A stretch of 25,729 bases of DNA from IMG/VR virus record IMGVR_UViG_3300006164_000040, positions 1-25,729 of that record; one strand, given 5' to 3'. Below, piece by piece: positions 1 through 7,726 of this stretch (the stretch's first letter is position 1; the number at the start of each line of letters is the position of its first letter). A model generated the notes under the pieces. That model searched no databases. It saw nothing but the letters and a program-made list of their open reading frames with translations, and was not told where the DNA came from. Position numbers and translations under genes: made by a program. This DNA is from a virus. Lineage: Duplodnaviria > Caudoviricetes.

Positions 1-218
1 GGGTACTAGCGGGAACCTAGTAACCTCTAACGGGTCGGCATGGACCTCCGCGGCTCTTTCTGCTAATATTCCTAATGTAGCTCCGGGTACTAGCGGGAAC
101 CTAGTAACCTCTAACGGGTCGGCATGGACCTCCGCGGCTCTTTCTGCTAATATTCCTAATGTAGCTCCGGGTACTAGCGGGAACGTTGTTACTAGCAACG
201 GATCGGCATGGACCTCTG
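1..218 (+). repeat. 84-bp in-frame tandem repeat: two identical copies (1-84, 85-168) plus a diverged partial third from 169
   Basis: GGGTACTAGCGGGAAC starts at 1, 85 and 169. Copies 1 and 2 match base for base; copy 3 diverges mostly at synonymous sites. The array may extend upstream of the window. Confidence 0.97.
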
Positions 219-643
219 CCGCAGCAGCGGCTAGTGGTAAAGTCCTGCAAGTCGTAACGGCAGCAACTTCAACCGAGGCGACCACGACATCAGGCACTTA
301 CGCCGATACAAATCTGACGGCTGCAATAACGCCAGCAAACAGCTCTAACAAAATTCTTGTGCTGATTTCGCAGTCGATCAGCAGCGTCGGCGGACGAGCA
401 GGCGGCGCGTTGCGCATTCTACGTGGATCAACCGAGGTTGAAGAATACAACCAGATTTCAAACGTTGAGAACCAATTCGGACAGCATTTCATTCAACACC
501 TTGACAGCCCAAGCAGCACCTCTGCGACGACCTACCACACCGAATTTAAGAGGATCGACCAAAGTGGAACTGTGACTGCCCAGCGGAATGACTCATCGGG
601 GAATGCCACCTCTACCATCACACTCATCGAAATCGGGGCATAA
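2..643 (+). CDS. Tail fibre / receptor-binding protein, C-terminal part (5' truncated by window edge)
   Basis: Frame 2 is open from base 2 and continues into the 359..643 ORF. It reads (GTSGNLVTSNGSAWTSAALSANIPNVAP)x2, GTSGNVVTSNGSAWTSAAAAA, then SGKVLQVV...ITPANSSNKILV...DSPSSTSATTY...STITLIEIGA, a C-terminal domain pattern common in marine phage fibre proteins. Confidence 0.8.
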   Translation, partial: GTSGNLVTSNGSAWTSAALSANIPNVAPGTSGNLVTSNGSAWTSAALSANIPNVAPGTSGNVVTSNGSAWTSAAAAASGKVLQVVTAATSTEATTTSGTYADTNLTAAITPANSSNKILVLISQSISSVGGRAGGALRILRGSTEVEEYNQISNVENQFGQHFIQHLDSPSSTSATTYHTEFKRIDQSGTVTAQRNDSSGNATSTITLIEIGA

Positions 644-645
644 AA

Positions 646-945
646 ATGGCAACAAAATCAAACGCACTGTCGAGCCTTTTTCCCGACGCAGAGTGGGTTC
701 TAACCGGAGACACGATCCGCTGGGACAGCAGCGATATCGCGCAGCCAAGCGATGCAGAGGTTGTCGCAGAGATTACACGGTTAGAGGCCGAATATTTAGC
801 GCAGCAGTATGCACGCAACCGTGCGTCTGCTTACCCCAGCATTGCTGATCAACTTGACATGCAATATTGGGACGCCGTGAACGGCTCAACAACTTTTAGG
901 GACGCTATTGCCAAAGTAAAAGCGGCTCACCCAAAACCAAGCTAA
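646..945 (+). CDS. Putative tail fibre assembly/chaperone protein
   Basis: Directly follows the fibre gene. RASAYPSIADQLDMQYWD...AIAKVKAAHPKP is a motif typical of small proteins paired with fibre genes in marine phages. Confidence 0.65.
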   Translation: MATKSNALSSLFPDAEWVLTGDTIRWDSSDIAQPSDAEVVAEITRLEAEYLAQQYARNRASAYPSIADQLDMQYWDAVNGSTTFRDAIAKVKAAHPKPS

Positions 946-970
946 GTATAGATGTAATTAAGGTGTCATA

Positions 971-1303
971 ATGGCTAGTAGCATCAAAAAAGTTTTAGCT
1001 GTAGTTTTATGTACTTTTGTGCTATACTGTAGTAGTAATACTGCACAAGCACAGAGAATAAATCAACAAGTATTCTTAGACTGCTTTATACAAAAAGAGG
1101 CCCTTGAAATACTTCTTAAAAATAATGAAAAACTTATTTTTACAGGGGTAAATAATTACGGGGCTGTTACTCAGCTTTGGTCTTCTAGCGACAGCTATAC
1201 TCTTTTTATCCTTACACCTGACGGATTGTATTGTACTTCTTACCACCATGTAGGGCATACATTGTCTTTAGCTGTAGAATTAAACTTAGGTGACAAAACA
1301 TGA
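971..1303 (+). CDS. Secreted/periplasmic hypothetical protein with signal peptide
   Basis: AAGG upstream of ATG. Basic N-terminus (KK), hydrophobic stretch VLAVVLCTFVLYC and an AQA signal peptidase I site; mature part has two Cys. ATGA overlap with the next gene. Confidence 0.7.
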   Translation: MASSIKKVLAVVLCTFVLYCSSNTAQAQRINQQVFLDCFIQKEALEILLKNNEKLIFTGVNNYGAVTQLWSSSDSYTLFILTPDGLYCTSYHHVGHTLSLAVELNLGDKT

Positions 1304-1788
1304 CTGTAGAATCTGCAACATATATTAACCAACTTGCACCAGCTAACCCGGCAACTAGTGATAATATTAGTGAAGGTGACGACCATCTTCGTTTAATTAA
1401 ATCAGTTTTGCAGTCTCAGTTTCCTAACATAGGTGCTGCTGCTGTTAGTCCTACTGCAACACAGTTTAACAAACTTGGTTTTGAACCTGGAACTATTGTT
1501 ATGTGGGCTTCTGGAACAACTCCAACAACTCAGACTATCAGTGGTATTAACGATTGGCTACTTTGTAACGGCGGCGATTACAGCACTTCCACATATTCGG
1601 TACTGTACGGTATTATTGGAACAGTGTTTGGAACGAACGGCTCTAACTTTAAAGTACCTGACTATCGCAGCTTTGTACCTATTGGAGTAGGAGGAGATTT
1701 TGTTCTGGGTACAGGTACAACTGAAGTAGCGGGTGCTGGTTCAGCGGCTGTTAAACTACAACCTATTAACTTTATTATCAAGACATGA
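1300..1788 (+). CDS. Short tail fibre protein: N-terminal anchor plus phage tail-collar domain
   Basis: N-terminal ESATYINQL..NP..SD.ISEGDDHLRLIKSVL anchor-type motif. Collar motifs PGTIVMWA, WLLCNG, YSVLYGIIGTVFG, FKVPDYR and C-terminal INFIIKT. Confidence 0.8.
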   Translation: MTVESATYINQLAPANPATSDNISEGDDHLRLIKSVLQSQFPNIGAAAVSPTATQFNKLGFEPGTIVMWASGTTPTTQTISGINDWLLCNGGDYSTSTYSVLYGIIGTVFGTNGSNFKVPDYRSFVPIGVGGDFVLGTGTTEVAGAGSAAVKLQPINFIIKT

Positions 1789-1794
1789 TTGTTT

Positions 1795-2091
1795 ATGGAA
1801 ATACAACCTAGTCTAATAGTAACACTAATGGGTCTGGCTATTTCTGTCATAGGTGCTGCTGCTGTAGCTAAACATCAACTTAAAACCATACACGAAAGTA
1901 TAGCAGAAATATTCCGCGCTTTAAAAAAAATAGACCAACGAACTGACAAACACGATATAAAGTTAGAATTGTTTACAAACAAAACTCAGGTTTTAGCTTC
2001 GATGATGTCTCCAGAAGTAATGGAAAGACGACACAGGGAAAACGAAGCAATTAAAAAAGACATAGAGTTTTTAAAGGAGCGGGTCAAATGA
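1795..2091 (+). CDS. Single-TM membrane protein with coiled-coil-like C-terminus (possible holin-like)
   Basis: ATG at 1795 preferred over TTG at 1789. Hydrophobic SLIVTLMGLAISVIGAAAVA followed by a charged helical region; ATGA overlap with the next gene. Confidence 0.6.
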   Translation: MEIQPSLIVTLMGLAISVIGAAAVAKHQLKTIHESIAEIFRALKKIDQRTDKHDIKLELFTNKTQVLASMMSPEVMERRHRENEAIKKDIEFLKERVK

Positions 2092-2336
2092 TAACCTATA
2101 GAGGAGAACGTTTTTCAGGATATAATAGACCTAAGCGTACTTCAAATGAATCAAAAAAGTTTGCGGTATTAGCAAAGCAAGGTTCGACTATTAAACTAAT
2201 TCGGTTTGGTGATCCAAACATGACTATTAAAAAAGATCAACCGAAGCGTCGTAAAAGTTTTAGGGCTAGACACAAGTGTGACACAAATCCTCCTAGTAAA
2301 TTAACAGCTAGGTACTGGAGTTGTAAAAACTGGTAA
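2088..2336 (+). CDS. Small highly basic protein common in aquatic phages (DUF6321-like)
   Basis: SD AAGGAG upstream; motif KLIRFGDPNM.IKK..P.RRKSFRARHKC...ARYWSC. The DUF label is from memory. Confidence 0.65.
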   Translation: MITYRGERFSGYNRPKRTSNESKKFAVLAKQGSTIKLIRFGDPNMTIKKDQPKRRKSFRARHKCDTNPPSKLTARYWSCKNW

Positions 2337-2356
2337 ACTTAAAATAGGAGAAAGTA

Positions 2357-2401
2357 ATGAAAAAGTATTCTGGCAAAACAGGTAAAGGTAGGAAAAAATA
2401 A
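2357..2401 (+). CDS. 14-aa basic micropeptide MKKYSGKTGKGRKK
   Basis: Strong SD AGGAG (2346-2350) 6 nt before ATG 2357; the stop overlaps the next ATG (TAATG). Confidence 0.55.
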   Translation: MKKYSGKTGKGRKK

Positions 2402-2514
2402 TGAAAACTTATGCAGGTGGTAATAAGGGAAAAGGTAATCGACCAGTTCCGTCCAGTGGTGGTAACACAGTTACTCGTACAGGGCCTGGTAATCGTTTTC
2501 CACAGGGAAAATAA
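2401..2514 (+). CDS. 37-aa basic Gly-rich micropeptide MKTYAGGNKGKGNRPVPSSGGNTVTRTGPGNRFPQGK
   Basis: TAATG coupling to the previous ORF, AGGA upstream, and it fills the gap to 2 nt before the next start. Confidence 0.65.
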   Translation: MKTYAGGNKGKGNRPVPSSGGNTVTRTGPGNRFPQGK

Positions 2515-2516
2515 TA

Positions 2517-2741
2517 TTGGACACTAGAGAAAAAGCTGCTCAATCTTCTGTTATCTTAGGTAACGAAGCATTTCAATCTATGATCAAAGACCTTGAAGAA
2601 GGTTTGATACTTGAGTGGAGAATTTCTGATAATCCAGAACATAGAGAATTTTGTTGGTTAAAACTAGATGCTTTACAATCCATATTGGAAGACTTAGAGT
2701 CATTTATTCATAACGACAAGATTGAAAACAACACTAAATAA
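2517..2741 (+). CDS. Small helical head-module protein preceding the scaffold
   Basis: TTG start with AGGGA upstream; acidic and amphipathic; position immediately upstream of the scaffold gene. Confidence 0.65.
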   Translation: MDTREKAAQSSVILGNEAFQSMIKDLEEGLILEWRISDNPEHREFCWLKLDALQSILEDLESFIHNDKIENNTK

Positions 2742-2751
2742 AGAGGTAAAT

Positions 2752-3762
2752 ATGAGCGACGGTCAGACCAATCCGGGAACGGAAGTCACTAAGCCACAGC
2801 TTGATATGTTTGATGTAATGTTTGGAAGTGAAGAAAACACTAATCCAGAAGTAACATCATTGGAAGAAGTATCTGATTCAAATGTTGAGTATGAGCCAGA
2901 CAGTGGTGCTGTCGAGTACGCAACAGATGACGGTAACGACTATGAGGAAATAGCGGAATCGGAAGATACTGAAGACTATGAGGTAGCTGAAGAAGAGTTA
3001 GTTGCAGAAACCCCACTGAGCCATACTGTAAAAGTAGACGGTGAAGAATACGAGGTTACTCTGGACGAACTCCGAAATGGATATCAGCGTCAGGCGGATT
3101 ATACCCGTAAAGCGCAATCTCTAGCGGAACAACGGAAGGCTTACGAGGCTAACCTAGAGGCAGTGTCGAAGGAAAGGCAGCAGTACGGTCAAGTCCTAGA
3201 AAACATAGGGCAGTACCAAAACATGGAACTCTCACGGTTCCAAAATGTGAATTGGCAGGAACTAAAAGATAGCGACCCTATGGAATACATGGAGAAGCGG
3301 ATCGAGTTTCAAGATGCTAAGGATCAACTTGTTCAAGTTAAAAATGAACAGCAACGTGTACACCAGCAAACAAATGTAGAATATGCAGAACGTTTGACCA
3401 ATGTTGTCAAAGGTGAAGCTGAGAAACTTTCTCAAATTCTACCTCAGTATGCTGGGCCTGACTCTTCACTACGCGATGAACTGAGAGGCTATGCTTTAGG
3501 GCAGGGGTTTTCAGAACAGGACATAGATGGAATAACCGACCACCGTGTAGTTCTCGTATTGCATAAAGCAATGATGCAGGATAAAGCGTTGCAAGGCTCC
3601 AGCCAAAAGGTAAGAAAAACTGTTCCTAAAGTTGTTAAGGCAGGTGCTCCAGATTCTAAAAAACAACGGAGCACTAAAGCAATGCAACTCAAGAGAGAGC
3701 GCCTACAGAAAACGGGGAATAAGCAGGACGCAACAAATGTGTTTCTTGACTTAATTTCTTAA
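2752..3762 (+). CDS. Capsid scaffolding protein
   Basis: SD GAGGT then ATG 2752. Very acidic N-terminus, VKVDGEEYEVTLDELRNGYQRQADYTRK motif, coiled coil, basic C-terminus; directly upstream of the capsid gene. Confidence 0.88.
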   Translation: MSDGQTNPGTEVTKPQLDMFDVMFGSEENTNPEVTSLEEVSDSNVEYEPDSGAVEYATDDGNDYEEIAESEDTEDYEVAEEELVAETPLSHTVKVDGEEYEVTLDELRNGYQRQADYTRKAQSLAEQRKAYEANLEAVSKERQQYGQVLENIGQYQNMELSRFQNVNWQELKDSDPMEYMEKRIEFQDAKDQLVQVKNEQQRVHQQTNVEYAERLTNVVKGEAEKLSQILPQYAGPDSSLRDELRGYALGQGFSEQDIDGITDHRVVLVLHKAMMQDKALQGSSQKVRKTVPKVVKAGAPDSKKQRSTKAMQLKRERLQKTGNKQDATNVFLDLIS

Positions 3763-3775
3763 ATAGGAGGCCATT

Positions 3776-4738
3776 ATGGCTCAACCCACAGGTGTTTATG
3801 TAACTTTTTCCGCAAAGGGTTTGCGGGAAGACCTTGAAAATGTGATTTACGATATCTCTCCCACGGACACTCCCTTCATGTCGATGGGTGGTCGCTCGGA
3901 TGCGGTTGCTGTTAATCACGAATGGCAGACGGACTCTCTTGCAGCAGCGTCTGGTGCTAACTTTAACGAAGAAGGTTCGACGCTTGTTGCCGCAGAACCG
4001 GCTGCAACAACTCGACTTGGCAACATCTGCCAGATCAGCTTGAAAACCACGTTGGTTTCCGGTACGCTTGACGCAGTGTCAAAAGCCGGACGTAAGGAAG
4101 AGTTGGCTTACCAGATGACCAAGCGTGCTTCTGAACTGAAGCGTGACATGGAAACTTCGCTGGTTGGTGTTAACCAGTCGAAGACGGCTATGGCTGCTGA
4201 TACCACGGTTCGTAAGCTCGGTTCGCTTAGTTCTTGGGTCACGACCAATGCCAGTGTTGGCTCTGGTGGTACAGCCGCTGGTTCTGGTGGTAACGGTGCT
4301 GCTCGTACTGACGGTACGCTTCGTACCTTCACCGAGGCGCTCCTGAAGGCTTCTATCCTTCTGGCCTATAACAACGGTGCCAACACCAAGTATCTGATGA
4401 TGGCTCCGTCTCAGAAGCAGACCTTCTCCAGCTTTGTTGGTGTCGGTGGTACTGCGGGCGTGTCCAACTTCAACGATGTTGCCGACCAGCGCATCATTGG
4501 TGGCATGGACCTCTATGTCAGTGACTTCGGCGAGATGGCGGTTGTTCCGAACCGCTTCCAGCGTAGCCGTGACGTTTGGCTGCTTGATCCCGAATATTAT
4601 GGGGTTTCGTATCTGCGTCCATTCTCGCAGCGTGAAGTTGCTTCCACGTCTGACGGTGAACAGCGTGCGATCATTACTGAGTTCACTCTTGTTGTTAACA
4701 ACGAGAAGGCTCTTGGTGCGGTCTACGACGTAAACTAG
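3776..4738 (+). CDS. Major capsid protein (DUF5309/SU10-type)
   Basis: SD AGGAGG. Motifs REDL..I..ISP.DTPF, HEWQTD, N.CQI, ELKRDME and YVSDFG; strongly biased codon usage; followed by a hairpin. Confidence 0.92.
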   Translation: MAQPTGVYVTFSAKGLREDLENVIYDISPTDTPFMSMGGRSDAVAVNHEWQTDSLAAASGANFNEEGSTLVAAEPAATTRLGNICQISLKTTLVSGTLDAVSKAGRKEELAYQMTKRASELKRDMETSLVGVNQSKTAMAADTTVRKLGSLSSWVTTNASVGSGGTAAGSGGNGAARTDGTLRTFTEALLKASILLAYNNGANTKYLMMAPSQKQTFSSFVGVGGTAGVSNFNDVADQRIIGGMDLYVSDFGEMAVVPNRFQRSRDVWLLDPEYYGVSYLRPFSQREVASTSDGEQRAIITEFTLVVNNEKALGAVYDVN

Positions 4739-4746
4739 TCTAAAAC

Positions 4747-4777
4747 GGGAGAGGGCATTTAGCTCTCTCCCTACTTT
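4747..4777 (+). terminator. Intrinsic terminator-like hairpin after the capsid gene (probably leaky)
   Basis: GGGAGAGGGC-ATTTA-GCTCTCTCCC forms a 10-bp stem with one G-U pair, followed by only TACTTT. Confidence 0.75.
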
Positions 4778-4787
4778 AGAGGTTAAA

Positions 4788-5096
4788 ATGTATAAAAAAC
4801 CAATTAACACTAAATTCAACTATGACCACTCAGAAGAAAAGGTTGTTCTTCACAATACTCAAGACATTCAGCCTATCTTAGAAATGAACAAAATGGAGCT
4901 GAACGGCGACTCTCCATACGGTGTACAGAACAATCCTAATCTTCGTAAGGTAGCTAGTATTCCTTTAATCATTATTGAAAAATGGAAACGTGAACTGGGC
5001 ATTGATATTATGGATAAGAACGACATGCCAAAAGTTAAGAAACTTCTTAACGACCCTGAGTATAGTTGGCTACGTACACATAAGAGTACTCTATAA
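4788..5096 (+). CDS. Conserved hypothetical virion-module protein
   Basis: SD GAGGT; QDIQPILE, VASIP and LNDPEY..LRT motifs typical of the gene after this capsid type; TAATG coupling to the next gene. Confidence 0.7.
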   Translation: MYKKPINTKFNYDHSEEKVVLHNTQDIQPILEMNKMELNGDSPYGVQNNPNLRKVASIPLIIIEKWKRELGIDIMDKNDMPKVKKLLNDPEYSWLRTHKSTL

Positions 5097-5746
5097 TGGC
5101 ACTGGCTACTTACGCAGAATTGAAAACAAGCGTTGCAAACTACTTAAACAGAAGCGACCTTGAAGCAGTAATTCCCGATTTTATTTCTCTTGTTGAGAAT
5201 AGGATGAACCGTGAGTTGCGTGTTCGCGTAAACTTAAACCGTGCTAATACTACCACAACAGCCGGAACTGCTTTTTATAATCTACCTACTGATCTAACTG
5301 AACTTCGTAACATTACTTGGGACACTGGTGGACAGAGTTTTGCTCTTAGTTACCTTTCCCCTGAGTCATCCAGCCGTGAATACGGCAGTGTTTCAAGTGG
5401 TTCTCCAAGAGCATACACTAATCTAGGTAAGAGTATTAAATTATCACCAACACCTGACGGTGCTTATCAGCTAGGTATTAACTATTACCAACAGCTAACA
5501 CCACTGTCAAATACAACCACTACTAACAATATTCTAGTTGCTTTCCCAGACTTGTATTTATACGGCGCTTGTTTGGAAGGTGCTGTATATCTTAACGACA
5601 CTGAGCAGCTACAGCGTTTCGGCGGGTTGTATGAAAAAGCTATTGAAAGTGTACGGGATGCAGAAGACTCTGCAAGGTATAGTGGAACTGTTATGACAAT
5701 GACTGTACAAGGTGATCCAGGTTCTCTTGTACGTAGGGGAGCATAA
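5096..5746 (+). CDS. Head-tail adaptor (P22 gp4 / tail tubular A position)
   Basis: TY.ELK.SVA.YLNRSDL..IPDFI.L.E.R.NR.LR N-terminus, LP.D..E, P.PD..Y and PDLYLYG.L motifs; synteny. Confidence 0.75.
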   Translation: MALATYAELKTSVANYLNRSDLEAVIPDFISLVENRMNRELRVRVNLNRANTTTTAGTAFYNLPTDLTELRNITWDTGGQSFALSYLSPESSSREYGSVSSGSPRAYTNLGKSIKLSPTPDGAYQLGINYYQQLTPLSNTTTTNNILVAFPDLYLYGACLEGAVYLNDTEQLQRFGGLYEKAIESVRDAEDSARYSGTVMTMTVQGDPGSLVRRGA

Positions 5747-5889
5747 TGGCTACAAATTGGGTTCAAGACCTTTTCAATATTATTCAAGAGAGTAACGGAA
5801 ACATCAAAACAGAAGATGGTTTATACCTGTGCCTTCAAGAGTTTGATTCAACAGTGTGGGTAATAGATACGACAACTGGTAGCGGTTAA
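5746..5889 (+). CDS. 47-aa acidic protein MATNWVQDLFNIIQESNGNIKTEDGLYLCLQEFDSTVWVIDTTTGSG (not in ORF track)
   Basis: TAATG overlaps at both ends (5744-5748 and 5887-5891) and SD AGGGG/GGAG; exactly fills the gap. Confidence 0.8.
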   Translation: MATNWVQDLFNIIQESNGNIKTEDGLYLCLQEFDSTVWVIDTTTGSG

Positions 5890-7469
5890 TGGTAAAATCT
5901 CTTTTTGATATTAACGGGCAGGAAAGTGGGTTTTCCCTTAACACTGACCTGTCTCCTTACGACATGCCTCCCACATTTTTTACAAGTGTAGAGAATGCAA
6001 GGTTTGTTGATAAAAAAGCTAGTACTATTAATGGTCACACTAGGGTTTACGGAACAGCACTAGACTTGCCTTTATGGACTACTAGCTGGGCGCAGGGTAG
6101 CAACGATCTCTGGGTCTACGGTGGTCCCACTTCCCTAAATAAAGTTATAGGTACTACTCACACAGCTATTACTAGGTCTTCTGGTGCGTACACGACGTTA
6201 ACAAGCACAACCAATAACTGGCAGGGTGGTGTACTAGGTGGTGTTCTAGTAGCTAATAATACACTGGACATACCTCAAAGCATTACACAAACAGCTAGTA
6301 AATTTACAGATTTACCCGATTGGCCCAGTGCTTTACGATGTAAAGTTATTGTTCCTTTCAGAAACCATTTAGTTTCACTGAACCTAACAGACAGTGGTAC
6401 TGCAAAGCCGTTTACAGTGCGCTGGAGCGACGCTATCCCTTCAGGTACTGCTACTAACGGTGCGAACACTTGGAACACTTCTAGCACCGCCTCTGAGTCA
6501 GGAGAGGCTACTGTAGGTGGTACTAAGGGACATATCCTAAATGCTCTTCCACTAGGTAATGAACTTTTAGTATATAAAGAAGACAGTATATATTCTTTGA
6601 ACTACGTTGGAGGAACCTTTACCTTTAACATTAGGGAGAAGTTTAAAGATATAGGCTTGTTTGCCAGAGACGCTGTTGTAGACATAGGCGATGGACGACA
6701 TGTCTTTATGTCAACTAATGATGTGGTTATAACAAACGGCCAATCTATTAGTAGTGTTATTGACGATCAGGTTAAAACATTCTTATTTTCTCAAATTGAC
6801 AGTACTTACTTTTATAAAACGTTTATGGTTAACAACCGTATTCAAAATGAAGTTTGGATTTGTTACCCCCTTACCAACGCTGTTAACGGTCTTCCCAACC
6901 GTGCTCTCGTTTGGAACTACAAAGATAACACTTGGGCAACGAGAGATTTACCAAGTGTTAACTATATTGGTGTAGGTTTTGTTAATCCTGATCTTACAAA
7001 CACTTGGGCGGCGGCTACCAATACTTGGCAGAATAGTACACTAGCGTGGTCTCAGCAGGTATATAACCCTACCATCGATTCTTTGCTAATGTGCTACCCT
7101 GCTGACTCTGCTGCCAACAGTCGTTTTTACCTAGCTGACTCAGGCACAACCTTTGCGGGTACATCCTTTACTACAACCTTGGAAAGAGTTGGTCTACACG
7201 CTGGTAGTACAAACTTAGTAAAATCTGTTAGTAGTGTTTACCCTAGAATTTCTGGAACAGGCAGTGTAAGTATCAGTGTTGGTTCAGAGCTACAACCTTT
7301 TGCAGGAGTAAATTACTCCCCACCAGTTGTGTTTAATATTGGTCAAGATAATAAAATTGATTGTAGGGTACGCGGTAGGTACATTGCTATTAGATTTCAG
7401 CATGACGATGATACAACTTTTAACCTATCTGGTTACACCATTGAATCAGAAACTGTGTCTGACCGATGA
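5889..7469 (+). CDS. Tail hub/nozzle (P22 gp10-like DNA stabilisation protein)
   Basis: 526 aa, rich in beta-strand residues, Trp, Thr and Ser (VRWSD, NEVWICYP, VWNYKDNTW, RVRGRYIAIRF); follows the adaptor. Confidence 0.75.
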   Translation: MVKSLFDINGQESGFSLNTDLSPYDMPPTFFTSVENARFVDKKASTINGHTRVYGTALDLPLWTTSWAQGSNDLWVYGGPTSLNKVIGTTHTAITRSSGAYTTLTSTTNNWQGGVLGGVLVANNTLDIPQSITQTASKFTDLPDWPSALRCKVIVPFRNHLVSLNLTDSGTAKPFTVRWSDAIPSGTATNGANTWNTSSTASESGEATVGGTKGHILNALPLGNELLVYKEDSIYSLNYVGGTFTFNIREKFKDIGLFARDAVVDIGDGRHVFMSTNDVVITNGQSISSVIDDQVKTFLFSQIDSTYFYKTFMVNNRIQNEVWICYPLTNAVNGLPNRALVWNYKDNTWATRDLPSVNYIGVGFVNPDLTNTWAAATNTWQNSTLAWSQQVYNPTIDSLLMCYPADSAANSRFYLADSGTTFAGTSFTTTLERVGLHAGSTNLVKSVSSVYPRISGTGSVSISVGSELQPFAGVNYSPPVVFNIGQDNKIDCRVRGRYIAIRFQHDDDTTFNLSGYTIESETVSDR

Positions 7470-7726
7470 GTAGAGAATTTCTAAGATTTAGTCACGCTAA
7501 TCCTCCGGCTGATCCACTAGAACTTCCGGGTTATCTTAACGATACTTTTATTGAACTTGGTGCTGTTGTAGAGTTGCTAAGAGACGGTCATTTAGACGTA
7601 GTTTTTGAACCCCCAACTAAACCAAGTCAAGGTGATATAAGATATGCTGATGGAAGTAGCTGGAACCCGGGTAGCGGAGAAGGTATATACTTTTTCAACT
7701 CAGCCGGAGCATGGGTTAAGTTATAA
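7466..7726 (+). CDS. Small tail protein (needle/plug position)
   Basis: ATGA overlap with the hub gene; short helix followed by P.KP..GDIRYADG..WNPG.GEG.Y; same position as P22 gp26. Confidence 0.55.
   Translation: MSREFLRFSHANPPADPLELPGYLNDTFIELGAVVELLRDGHLDVVFEPPTKPSQGDIRYADGSSWNPGSGEGIYFFNSAGAWVKL

Noticed and set aside
1-218. Repeats as a CRISPR array or DGR template/variable repeat
   Set aside because: Contiguous in-frame coding repeats with no spacers; differences are not adenine-specific and no reverse transcriptase is present.
971-1050. Lipoprotein / o-spanin
   Set aside because: The Cys contexts (VVLC, VLYC) do not fit a lipobox well, and an AQA signal peptidase I site follows.
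4700-4790. T7 10B-like capsid frameshift or readthrough extension
   Set aside because: No slippery heptamer seen, and alternative frames and readthrough hit stops within a few codons.
4079-4819. 246-aa antisense ORF over the capsid gene
   Set aside because: Explained by the strong codon bias of the capsid gene, which removes antisense stops; no SD or recognisable motifs.
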